Source: Octopus sinensis (Eukaryota). From it: a stretch of 64,000 nucleotides of DNA. This document shows positions 25,279-39,060 of the stretch, piece after piece. Each line of letters opens with the position of its first letter. Position 1 is the stretch's first letter. The stretch is from the NCBI RefSeq assembly GCF_006345805.1, contig NC_043008.1:27900001-27964000 (forward strand), given 5' to 3'. The translations under genes were made by a program, and so were the position numbers. The notes under the pieces are model-generated. The model did not search any database. It saw nothing but the letters and a program-made list of their open reading frames with translations, and was not told where the DNA came from.

Positions 25279-26329
25279 TATTATATATATATATATTATA
25301 TATATATAATATATATTATATATATATATATTATATATATACATCTATACGCATATATATTTATGCGCAAATATATCATATATATACATGCATATAATAT
25401 TATTTTCATTTATGCAGACGATCTTTACTGAATTGAAATTAAATTTGAATAATTAATTGTATGTATATCAATGCAATCTTCAGTGCAAGACTTATAAACA
25501 ACGTTTTTACAATGAACTTGAGAAGGGAGCTTGCAGAATAAAATCTAGGATTTTCAAATTAATCCTTATGACAAAAAGAGATGCCTTTCCAGTTAGGTGT
25601 TAGCTATAACTAAAGGCTATAACGGTTATTTGAAAATATATGTAAAAGTAGTTTCAGAGACGTCCCTTCTATAGATGTGTAATGGGACTAGAAATTTTAA
25701 CATCACATAAGTCACATAGGGCAAAAGCTTGTATACAAATGCCCAATGGAAAGGCATGAATATATTTGACAGAGAAAAACATTACTTAGCTTTAGTGTAT
25801 ATTTTAAAAAAAGATTTTATACATGAGAATGAATTTAATACAGATGACGTAGTGTATAAAGAGCAACTAGATAGTTAAAGTAAACGAGTGTTAGAATGGT
25901 ACAACGGGTTAAAGAGACATTAAGAGTCGTAAGATGGGCCTACGTTTGCATAGCAACTAATACGCCTTAGTATGTATTAAATATAAGGTATAAAATAATT
26001 AAAAACCGAAAAAAATAGTTGTTAATATTGCAATTTAGATAGTAAATATTTGCTGTGGTTATAAAGATGAAAAGGTGAAGTAAGTGAAAATATAATATAC
26101 GTTGGATTACGAAAAATAAATCAAGGTAGGAGAGATAAATGAGCTGGGAATGAAAATAGTAGATAAGGGGTTTATTTTATGTATTGATAAGTAAGGTTAT
26201 ACAGTGAACATGTTCTAGTAAAAATAAATAAAAACTATAAGGTAAGAATCTAGTTTGGCAGAATGTGGGAGGTATATTTACTGGTATTAGCGTAGTATTA
26301 ATATTTAAGTAATAGACGTGTATTGTGTA

Positions 26330-26699
26330 CTAGCAGTATCGCCCGGCGTTGCTCGGGTTTGTAAGGGAAATAACTATAAAGCATTTTTAGAGAGTTATAG
26401 CCAAAAAATGGAAAAAAAAATATGGTAATTTTTTTTTAGTTAAAAAGGTCGAGTTGCGTCCCCTAGACACTCTGTGGTTTGTGTTTCTGATTCTCGACCC
26501 CATGTCGAATTTATCGATTTTTTTCAGAACTGGGGGAACTTTTCAAAATTTTCGCTGCGTTAGTTTTGAATTATGACATTGGGCTATGTGTGTGTCAAGT
26601 TTCATCAGAATCTGTTGAAAGCCGTGGTCAGGGTAAGGGTACAACCTAACAGACACACAGAAACACACACAGACAAACTGCCGTTTATATATAGAGAGA
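26330..26699 (-). mobile_element. Non-autonomous Helitron-like element
   Basis: The minus strand starts A|TC and ends with the hairpin CCCG-AGCAACGC-CGGG followed by CTAG|T. These are canonical Helitron termini and A/T target site. Confidence 0.7.
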
Positions 26700-27189
26700 T
26701 TATGAATATAAGAAGAAGCACGAATATATGGGTGCGCATAAGTATACAAAAACAGTTTTCTGTTAATGTCGTAAAAACATAATCTTTTAAGAGAAAAAGT
26801 GTTAGTATATTTCCTCATACGTGAGTAGAGGTATAATTTTACATTAGTATTCATAGATATAGGAAGTCTAGTTGTTTTTTTATTAGAGTATTCATAAAAG
26901 AAGAAACAACATACATTCATACAAGGGCAAAAAGAGAAGAGGCACACACATATAGTTATAAATACACAGACATATACAAATAGAGTGTATATGTGTGTAT
27001 ACGAAACATACGCATATACGCACATGCACACGTTCGAATTTAACGATACATTTCAGTGGCAACATATAGAAAATAGGTACAAAATAATATAGGTATATCA
27101 TATACTACGGAAAAATATAATTTTAAAACTTATATAGAGAGAAAAGGAGATGTAAGAAGAGACAGATAAAGTCTTGGCATTATATATGG

Positions 27190-30100
27190 TAGTTCATGGA
27201 AGTGTTAGAAGGAAATCTTAAATAAAGAATGCTAAGTTAGTGTACGATATAGGGATGTAAAGTGGATGTGATGAGTAATCGTATGCCATAGGAAAAGATA
27301 ATAGATGGAAATATTTTTAAAAAGCACCAAAACTAATCTATGCAAGGGGGAGCGAAGAAATATTTTAGAGTGATAAATAGGAATTTACAACCTTTTCATC
27401 CCTTGTATTAACCAAATTTCCATTCATTCTCATTATGCTATAGCTTTCTTCTAAACACGACCAAAAATATTTTATTATATCTGCAGGTGTGGGCAGAAGA
27501 TAGGATTCACCATGCGACAGAACTATCAATATTGTTTCTTTTGAGGTGCCAAATTGTTTCTATTTTCTAGGGTCCCCAAATGAAGATCTGTGATTATAAC
27601 GTCTCGATATAAGTGAATTTTTCGTGCAACCCAAGTGTAGGTATCTAGAGGAATCCTGAGTAACAATACTTGTTTGGTATACAACTTCTTTCATTTTGCA
27701 ATTTCTATCTCATTCACAGGTGTTTGGGTCTCTACAATTACAATTCAAATTAGTGGTCTGTACTATGGTATTATGTCTATATTTATGAGGGTTAATAGAA
27801 TTTAGTTATTATCATTATAGTAGTTGTTAATTATAGGATTATTGGAGGTACTAGATATATTTATCGTAGTTTTTATTTATATAATATATCCAGTTTCTTA
27901 TTGTTAAAAGAAGTGATTATCCTAAAGCGATTTGGAGAGACTGAAAATCCAAATCAAATTTTCTTATGAAATATTTTAACATATTTAGTTTTTGAAATTT
28001 TCATTAATTATCATTCTAATGGATCTAATAATTTTAGATATTAGATGCTTGTCAAAAAGGATTATGATCCAAATTGTGTCATACTTTATTGGAATGGTGG
28101 GTTGTGTTTGGGGGTGGTCAGCTACTCTCATACAAAGTTTTGATTTCTTTCTTGCTATTCCATTCCCATATATTACTTAACTATTGATACTACCCTAATG
28201 CCATTAATATCTCTCACATTATGCAAGCTAGTTTCTTACGTCATAATTTCTATTTATATATACGAAAACATAGTTACTGTATAACCTTACACATCAATAC
28301 ATATAAAACAAAACCTCCATCTACTATTTTCATTCCCAGCTTGTTTATCTCCACTATATTGATTTATTTTCCCATATTCCAACATCTATTAACTTTTCAA
28401 CTTCATTTTATTCATATTTATAACCACAGCAAGTATTTAGTATCTAAATTGTAATGTTGAAATCTATTTAGTCTGTTTTTACTACATTGCATTTATATTT
28501 TCTACCTTATAATTAATACATACTAACGAATATTAGTCGTTGTGCAAACATAAGTCCATCTTGCACATCTTATTCTCTCTTTAACCCTTATAACCTCTAT
28601 AACACTTGTTTACGTTAAATACCTATTAGCTCTCCACTATCCCACCAGAAGAATGTGATGAAAAGTTCTATTTTATGGCAACGAAAATAGTGCAGAATGA
28701 ACATTTGACGATAAAACAAATGAAGAATTCATAAAAGTCAGCAGCAATTTGAAATACCGGAAAGTCCCACCAGCAAATCAGTATTAGAAAATTTTAAAGC
28801 AAACCACCGGAATCTACTTAAAAATATTAAGTTTGAGGAAAACATTCTCAAGAATAATCACCTACGCTATTTGAAGCATACAGTTAATGAACTTCGAAAA
28901 TTAATATGTATAATCGTACAGTCCGATAAAACCCGTACATCGATACAACATAGATGTAAATCTATACCATATTCCCCTACACAAAGACATTACAAAGAAA
29001 TATATGATTATAAACAAATATGTTCTAAAATCTATTAATATTGAAACCAAAGAAATAATGAGGTGAATAGCGAATTTACGACGTAATTGAAGTTTAGGAA
29101 CTATCTAGGCCTAGAATTAGCCTAAAATACTACAAGCCTAACATTCATACCGATCCAAAAGTAAGGCACATCTACCCTTTTAAATCTGACATTGGAAAAC
29201 TTAGCAAAATTATCGTACCTAAAATGATTGAAATTCAAGCTAAAACTCTACCTGTGATTGAAAACACTAGATGCAATTGACAAGTTTATTAATCGACAAG
29301 ATAAGATAAAACGTAAATTTATTCAACTGGACATAGACAACTATCAAAAATCCATTAACCCCATCTTCCGAAATAAGACACTTATCTTCGACTTGAGTAA
29401 GACTAAATAATCAATGAAAGAAATAAAAATTTTACTTGAAGCTAGAAAGACTATAATGTTTCATGAAAGTAAATACTGGACCAAGAAAGATACACCAAAC
29501 TGTTTCGATGTACACATGGTCGCGCAAGAATCCACAAAGGTAACCGATTTAGTCGGGATTTACTTACTACCCCAACTTCAGAATTCTCTGAATTAGAAGG
29601 TGGATTTTACCGAAATGACTCTCAATTCTTAGAATTACCTCCAAGAGAAAACTTGAACTCTATAAAAAATGATAACACAATTTCTTGACAGTCCAAGGAC
29701 TATCCATTACCATTGAAAAAGATAGCAACACTGTGAACTTACTAGACGTTAACTTCTACCTCAATACTTCCACCTACCAACTTAACCATAACGCTAACAA
29801 CAATATCACATGCATAAGCGCACAAATTAACCATCCATCTAACATTATAGAAAACCAGATCACTACCATAGAGAGAAGAACTAATCTATTATCATCTAAT
29901 GAAGAAATATTTAACAAACATAAAGACAAATATAGCCTTGCACTTAAGAAGGCAGGATATAATTATGAAAGTAAGTATAATAAAAACGACATCATCAATA
30001 CTAACAATGCCTAACTTTATCATGAAATTAATAACGTAATAACGTAGATACTAATAGTGAACTACGTCACCTTATGTATTAGTACAGTCAAATAAACGTA

Positions 30101-31460
30101 AAAAAGAAAAGCCCTCAATAATAGTCATCAACATAAGTTTAGTAAAAATCACGAAAATCACAACTACAATATATATATACTAATAAACATAATCAATACG
30201 AGCAGCATAAAAATAACTTTACAAAAGGAAGAAAAATAATATAAAGTTTAACAGCTCCCACCTTACCAACCAGACTAACATTAATATTAATAAATCCAAG
30301 AATACTGACACCAAACACCAAAACTATATGATTATAGATAAAAAGAGTAATATTAAACCAATAAGCTGAAAAAATGAAAATAATGTAAACTCACTTAATT
30401 CCTTCAATAACATATATAACCATAGAATTCAAACTAATATAGATAGGAACAGAATAGCAAAAAATAAATCAAAACCTTGTTTGAGAATAGCTGACAACCA
30501 AACACAACCCGTCATTCTAATAAAGAAAACAGAAGTAACACTACTTGGATCATAATCCCTTTTGCCAAAAATCTAAAATTTAACTTTATTATAGCCATTA
30601 GAGTGATAATAAATAAAAATTTCAAAAACACTAAATATACTAAAATATTTAAATTAAAAAAATTGATTTGGATTTTCAGTCCCTCCAAATCTCTGTAGGA
30701 TAATCTATTCTTTTGACAATAAGAAACTAGATCTATTCTAAAATAATAACAAAAGCTAAAATAAATGTACCCAGTACCTCCAATAATCCTATGGTTAACT
30801 AGTATAATGGTAATAACCAAACTCCATTAACCCTCATAAATATAGACATACTACTATAGTACAGACCACTAATTTGAATTGTAATTTTGGAGACCCAAAC
30901 GTCTGTGAAGAAGACAGATATTGCAAAATGAAAGACGTTGTATACCACGCAACTATTAATACTCAGGATCCTTTTAAATACCTACACTTGGGTTGCACGA
31001 AAAATTCATTTAAAACGAGAATTTATAATCACAGATCTTCTTTTGGGGACCCTAGAAAATAGAAGAGGACAGGTGTATCTGAAAACAATTTGGCACCTCA
31101 AAAGATAAAATATTGATAGTTCTGTCGCATGGGAAATCCTGTCTTCTGCCCCCTCTTACAGAAATAATAATAACATTTGTTGGTTGTGTTTGCAAGAAAG
31201 CTATAGCATAATGAGAATGAATGGACATTTGGTTAATACTAGGAATTAAAATGTTATCTCATCTAAACACATGACCAAATTCCTATTTATCACACTTAAA
31301 TAATTCTTCATTTCCGCATGCTTAGATTCATTTTCGGTTTTTTCCTAAAAATACTTGTATATATCTTTTCCTGTGGAATGCGATTGCTTATCGCATCCAC
31401 TTTACATCAATATATCGTTCAACATCTTGGCATATTTTAATTTTACATTTCCTTCTAACA
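27190..31460 (+). pseudogene. Old, degenerate Penelope-like element with inverted duplication of its 3' part
   Basis: RT remnants (KRKFIQLDID.., FDVHMVAQESTKVTDLVGIYLL, INHPSNII..RTNLLSSNEEIF) and a GIY-YIG remnant (VVYHA..YLHLGCTKNSFKTRIYNHRSSF, 30874-31062). About 27190-28190 is a diverged reverse complement of about 30420-31460. Confidence 0.8.
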
Positions 31461-32438
31461 ATTGTATGACCCACCATATATAGGGCTAATACTTAATCTA
31501 TCTCTCGTCTGGAAGGAATAAATAAACTGTTAAGATATTTAGTAAAACAGGAGTATAAATATGGTAAATTATTTAAAACGTTTAATCGCTGTTTCGGTAC
31601 GTGATTGGAAATTTTAAATGAATATGGGGTAATATCTAGCCTTAAGCTTAGTAAAAATTTTTAAACGTCTGGACTGCTTACTTGTCACTCTAATTCCATG
31701 CTACATCACCAAAGATAATTGAGAAAGTGAGCTACGCATTAAGTCGTTGATAGTTAATACGGCCTTTTGAGAACATAGTTGTCTGTGGGTCCAGATAAAA
31801 TGTAAGTGACAATATGTGCATGCGTATTATTATTTAGTAAACTCAGACGGAATTGCAAGCGCGTTGGTGCGCCGACCGAAGTGTTCAGCTATATTTTGTC
31901 TGCAGCTAAGTTCTGAGTTCAAATTTGGCATGCGTTTACTTTGCACTTCGTCATATAGGGGAGGGGTTGATAAACTAATTGCCAGTGGAGTAGTGTAATT
32001 GATGTGATACTCTTAGCCCCTCACCCAAAGTCTCAGACCATTTTCTTCCAGAAGAATGGATTATAAATTTGAAAGTTAGTTACTAACTCTATATTATATT
32101 AATGCAATTGATTATTGCGATTTCGATAATTTATACAAACATTTATTTCAATTGTATTAAAATATAATTTTATATTGGCTATAATTTCTTATAATAGCTG
32201 TAATTATTCTAATTAAATGATCAATAGATTTTAATTGGAAAGGAAAATAATTATAGAAATACCTATTTACTATTTATTTTGATAGTAGTATTTTTATAAA
32301 TAAGTATTTGATCTCATATGGGGAAATATATAGGTGTATACATATGTGTATATATGAAAGGATAAATAACTATGTTATTATTTAGTGTTATTTTTTATAT
32401 TTGGGCAACTGTCTATTCACAGAGAGAGAGAGAGAGAG

Positions 32439-32880
32439 AGAAAATAGTAAAAAGTGAAAAAACTACAGAAGGCTCAAAGGTTAAAAAATATATATTTGAG
32501 TCAATATGTCTGAAGAATATTAAAAATATTTTTCTTACAATGACATAGTTTGGCAGAAAGACCGGTTTCGCGTTTAGCTTTTCAAATTTCTTACGACGTT
32601 ATGTTTATGTTGAACAGAGTTATCGTTATGTTTATGTTTAAAATAGATCTAAATAAGGGGAGGTAAAAGAACTCTTTTAAACATAAACATAACGATAACT
32701 CTGTTCAACATAAACATAACGTCGTAAGAAATTTGAAAAGCTAAACGCGAAACCGGTCTTTCTTCTAAACTATGTCATTGTAAGAAAACTTTTTTTAATA
32801 TTCTTCAGACATATTGACTAAAATATATATATTTTTAACCTTTAAGCCTTCTGTAGTTTTTTCACTTTTTACTATTTTCT
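32439..32880. repeat. ~440-bp foldback palindrome (~205-bp arms, ~31-nt spacer)
   Basis: 32439-32643 is a near-perfect reverse complement of 32675-32880. It is flanked by (AG)n and by (CTAT)n/(CT)n/(TA)n. Confidence 0.9.
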
Positions 32881-32916
32881 ATATATTCAACCACGTGCTT
32901 TCACAAACCAACTTTC

Positions 32917-32986
<70 letters not shown>

Positions 32987-32998
32987 CTCTCTCTCTCT

Positions 32999-33049
<51 letters not shown>

Positions 33050-33964
33050 ATGATGGCGTTAATACAATTTTCTTTGTGATCTTTCTACATATTTATAACA
33101 CGACCCATATGTTTTGATGTAATTGAAGTTTGAAGAACATTTTTTATTGGAACCAACTGATTAGTAAGTTTAACTTAGTATATTAATATGCATACTTATA
33201 ATACTTCAGTGTATTCCAGACTGAATTTAGTAATATATTATATATTATAAATAATAAAATTGTGTAATATTAAATATTTATAAATACTATAATGCATTTA
33301 TCTTAAGCATATACACAGTTTATATAAAGTTATAAATTTCAAATTATATTATTTTAGTTTATCATAAATGGTTATGAACTTTTAAATTAAGTTTTGTAAT
33401 AATAATATACATATAATTTTATAACTGACCCTATGGTGTATAGAAACATTATATTACCATAACATGTTTTTCCGATACTTTTCTTTCGAAAGCATGAAAG
33501 TATATGTTTATAAACATTGATTTATAATGGTTTAATTTCTTCTGAAAAACGAAATATAATTCTGTTTTGTTATTCATTTATTTATTTGCAATGATTATAG
33601 TAATACATAATCGAAAATTATGATAATTCTTAAATATATTCTATATATATATATATATATATACTTATATTTATCGTAGACACTATAATACTTTGTAAAT
33701 ATATATTGAGCATACCCTGTTCTTCAGTTTTTTTAAATCATATACCTCAGGAAAAATAAGAAAATTTTTGATAATTCACTTATTTATTGATTATGAATGA
33801 ATTAGTATAAATTATCATGTCACAAAATTTTATAATATTGGCTTATTTATAATAAACTTTTTAATGAATTAAGAGTTAATTACAGTTTTTTAATGACTTT
33901 TTGAAATATATATTAATATAATAATAAAATTATACAGTTCTATATCTAAGAGATGAGGAATTAT

Positions 33965-34760
<796 letters not shown>

Positions 34761-34816
34761 ATTATTATTATTATTATTATTATTCAGGTCACTTCCTGGA
34801 ATCCGAACTCAGAATA

Positions 34817-34887
34817 AGGCGTAGTGGTTAAGGGTGCGGGCTACAAACCCCAAGATTCCGAGTTCGATTCCAGGTAGTGACCTGAAA

Positions 34888-34928
<41 letters not shown>

Positions 34929-34929
34929 A

Positions 34930-34989
<60 letters not shown>

Positions 34990-35140
34990 GTCGAAAAATA
35001 CATTAGGAATGAAAACACAGGTTCGAGTTTCCCAAAACACCTGATGAAAGCTGGAGGGTATATCAGCCGAAACGTTGATAACAAGAAACAAGATGAGGAC
35101 AAATATCCGTCAAATGTAAATAACGTAAATAATGTAATAT
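34817..35140 (+). mobile_element. Composite SINE: tRNA-like head, (ACT)n(AAT)n, HHR-derived tail
   Basis: A-box-like GGCGTAGTGG and B-box GTTCGATTCC (34862-34871), a trinucleotide middle, and a tail with CTGATGA(35041)..CAGCC-GAAACGTT. A truncated inverted head lies at about 34782-34810. Confidence 0.75.
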
Positions 35141-35502
35141 AATTATGTTAATATGATAATGTATATTTATGGTTTCATTTTTTTTCGAAAGATATTTCCT
35201 TAATACAATTATGTAATTTATATTTTGATTGTAGTTTTAGGATGGGTGATTATAAAAGAATAAATATAGTGTGATATCATAATATTGCTCAATATTGGCT
35301 TAGTGAAAATAAAGTAATTATCATTTTTTCTTTGCTGTTTAGCCATGATTAATAGTGCGTTGTGTTTTGTGAGATTAACAAATCTTTCTGAATATATTGT
35401 CTGAATAAAAAATATTTTTTTCTAATTGTATGTGGAAGAAAAGTATATATCTCTGACTCCGCAATAAATTCTTAGCGCATTAGTTATATATATATATATA
35501 TA

Positions 35503-35580
<78 letters not shown>

Positions 35581-35739
35581 ATATATATGTGTGTGTGTGT
35601 GCGTATTTTTATATGACGACTTAGAGAGATAGAGATACATATAGATAGATACTTTAGATACAGAGAGAGAGAGACAGACAAACAGAGACAGACAGTCAGA
35701 GAGACAGACAAACAGAATTGTTCCAGTTTACGAAAAGGG

Positions 35740-36200
35740 CAGCAAATATTCGGCAGTGATTTACCAATCGGTCTCATTTTTTATATCATGAAATCTTTTG
35801 AGAGAATAGTAAGATTTCGAGTAACTCACTGCGTGGAAATTAGCAGCTTTCATATTCCCAAAACACGTAGTTTCCTCAGTGGCAGAAAGCGCGTAACATA
35901 GCTCCTGCTTGACTAAGATATCAACTGGTATTTGGGACACAATAGATAATTAAAATGTCAGCACATCAGCAGGTCCTTCGGCAAAATTGACCTCAGCACA
36001 CTTTTCAGGACGCTATCGCACATTTTTGTCCAATGTAAACTTACAGTGGATATTTTCTGATGGATAGAATCAAGCATGTTGTGAGAGATTGTGTTAAGCT
36101 CGTTAAGAACCATTAGTGGAGTCACACAAGACCGTGTATTGGGCCTACTACTTTTCCTTATTTACTATAATATCATTGACGTCATCATTCACTAGGGGTT
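35740..36200 (+). pseudogene. Degenerate CR1/L2-type RT remnant
   Basis: SGVTQDRVLGLLLFLIY near 36115-36170 resembles GVPQGSVLGPLLFLIY. The frame is broken. Confidence 0.5.
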
Positions 36201-36460
36201 GTTTATAAAAATATTATTTATGTAGTATTATCTATGTAGTAAAAAATATTATTTAGTTAGTATTAAGACGGTTTAAGTATATATTAACTAAGTTTGACTG
36301 AAATTAATGGCACCCATCAATTTAGCCTGTCAGATTCGCAGGCACCCATGAATGCATCGATTTGTGGATTTTATTCAGCCTGAGGTTTATTCCTCATTTT
36401 TAGGTCATTATTTATATTTAAAAATCGTCGCTTGAAAATCGGAGTGTAAATAACATTATG

Positions 36461-36538
<78 letters not shown>

Positions 36539-37159
36539 TATCAAATGCAATATGGGACAAGAACGCAAAACATCCGGACAACATGGTGATACAAAAAAAG
36601 GACAACAAAACATCCAAATAGACGATACAAATAAACAAGGACAGATCATTCGAACCTTTCTGTTCTCAGTCATGAACCAGATCATCCTCGCAATTTCGGC
36701 TGATTAACCATGAGAATGCTCCAATATGGCCAGCACCACGGAAAAACTAAGCTAAGAATATTAGATTCCTTGGAAGAAAGCATCGAATACATACAAAAAC
36801 AAGGACAGAAAAACAGACGATATTACACGAATATAAATACACATAACAATAAAAATAATAATAATAATATTCACAAGACATAACAACAGCTGTCCTTCGA
36901 TTGGGGACGAATTAAATTGAGCTGGCGTGTGTGGAAATGAAGCCTTACGGCAGAGATACAAAACTTTCACAAACACAGGGAAGAATATCAATAAGCTAGT
37001 GACCACAGTCAGACACAAAAATAGGGCTAGCAGTCAGGCTTATCGGTCACGTGAGAAGAGAAGAGAGAGAAAAGAATTAAGGAGGGGGAAGAGAAGAGAG
37101 AAAGCCGCAGAAGCATATGGACAGAAGCACCAAGGAGGGTCGAAAAAAATACAACAGTG

Positions 37160-37320
37160 ACATAGTTTTTCGGTTGTGAATTCAAATTCTGCTGAAGTCG
37201 ACTTTGCCTTTTATCCCTTCGGTGTCGATGAATTATGGACCAGTTGCCTACTGGAGTCGATCTAACAGACTGACTACCTCCCAAAAAATCCGGACCTTGT
37301 GCTTAGAGTAAAAAAGAAGA
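37160..37320 (+). mobile_element. tRNA-derived SINE fragment
   Basis: B-box-like GAATTCAAATTC followed by GTCGACTTTGCCTTTTATCCCTTCGGTGTCGAT. It matches the reverse complement of about 49955-50020 and, more weakly, about 3430-3530. Confidence 0.65.
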
Positions 37321-37984
37321 TTTATACTTAGCTAGATTTTACTACGAATTACGATGAAACAATTTAAAAGTTGGCGACGCATTTCTTTGCCTTGCTTCAA
37401 TTCATAAGCAACAAAGTTTTCCTTCTTAAGATATCAAAGACTTTGCTTGCAGTACTTTCAAGTATACACCTAATAATCTTGCTTTCTGATAAAATACAAA
37501 AAACATAAAATGGAAACACATTTAAATCTTTTAATAACGACTCAATGAATATTATTTCCTATGGATATATGTTTAGTGAAGTGTATAACCCTCTCACTGT
37601 GGAATCATATATATGTGTGAGTGTGTGTGTGTGTATACATATATACACACAAACACGCACGCACAAATATACATATATGGTTGCATTTCGTTCTGACTCT
37701 TTCTCTCTCCTTCGCATATACACAGGTACCCGATGACAAATTTAAATATGTATGTGTGTGTGCGTTCGCGCGCGCACGCGTGGACGGGGAATGTATGTGT
37801 AAAGTGAAAGAAATCGGAGATAGATATAGCTATATAGAGAGAGTTTAGGAGGGGTCAAACATATCAAAGAATATATATTGGATAATGACAACAATAACAA
37901 TCTCAAACTATCTTACCTAACTTCTATTGCCAATGAAACATCATTACCCGAAGTATCTATCTATCTATCTATCTATCTATCTAG

Positions 37985-38030
<46 letters not shown>

Positions 38031-38047
38031 GTCTATCTATCTTTCTT

Positions 38048-38092
<45 letters not shown>

Positions 38093-38799
38093 ATATCTAT
38101 CTATATATATATTTGTCTGTCTGTCTATTTATCTATCTGTATGTCTGTCTTTGTTGTCGTACACATTCGCAAGCTTTCTTACAAAGTGGTCTAAAGCGCT
38201 TACCTTAGAATTTTGCGGGTCAACCAGATCGTAGCATATCAAGAGTAACAGCCCGAAATGGTCGTGACGTCTGGCACTTGAGAGTGAGGAAAGAAGGCCA
38301 CGAATAACCCGTCTTTTATGACAGCCCTTCTAATTTTTGTATCTCTTGTCCGCATTTGTATCGTCTATCTGTCCGAATATTTTTATTATCCTCTGTTGCA
38401 TTTCTGTTCCATATACATATATATATACATACACACACATACACATACACACACACAGACACACAGACATATATATATATATACATATCTGTGTGTACGT
38501 ATATACATGTATATCTATCTATCTATCATTATGCTTTGTATATATATACAAAGATAGATATACAGTATTTCCACGACTATCGCGAATATTACATTCTCAA
38601 ATCACCCGCGATAGGTTAAAAGCCACGAAATAGACAGTACTATGCTATATATTTTTTTATTATGTTTATAATTTGTATATATTTAGTTTATTACAAGTGC
38701 AAAACAAATATTTGCATTAGATTAACTTTCTCGTAATTAGAATACTAAACATCAAAAGACGTTCTGCATTTAAGGGATGAGAATTTATGTACATTATTT

Positions 38800-38945
38800 A
38801 CATTATTTACACTTGTCGAATATTTCTCCTCATCTTCTTTCTTGTTAACACAACGTCTGGGCTGATGTACCTTCCAGACTTCATCAGGTGTCTGGGATAA
38901 TTTGGAAAGTGGGTTCTCATTCCTAAGGTTTTTTTCGATGTTCTT
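38800..38945 (-). mobile_element. HHR-derived SINE tail (inverted copy)
   Basis: Homologous to 33965-34110. The HHR at 38847-38892 has GAAA mutated to CAGA. Confidence 0.75.
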
Positions 38946-38964
38946 CTTCTTCTTCTTCTTCTTC

Positions 38965-39042
<78 letters not shown>

Positions 39043-39060
39043 TATTATTATTATTATTAT

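Noticed and set aside
25620-25680. Possible HHR at the far end of Penelope 2 (also near 31490-31600)
   Set aside because: Only GAAAC-like words remain; there is no recognisable CUGANGA core with matching helices.
34817-34886. tRNA genes at 34817, 43388, 49193 and 5130
   Set aside because: A and B boxes are present, but I could not form an acceptor stem or cloverleaf, and each runs into a SINE body.
36530-37140. Interspersed repeat (related piece about 38230-38410) with CTGA..CGAA words
   Set aside because: It lacks GAAA, and helices I and III could not be formed, so it was not called as a ribozyme. The family was not identifiable from sequence alone.
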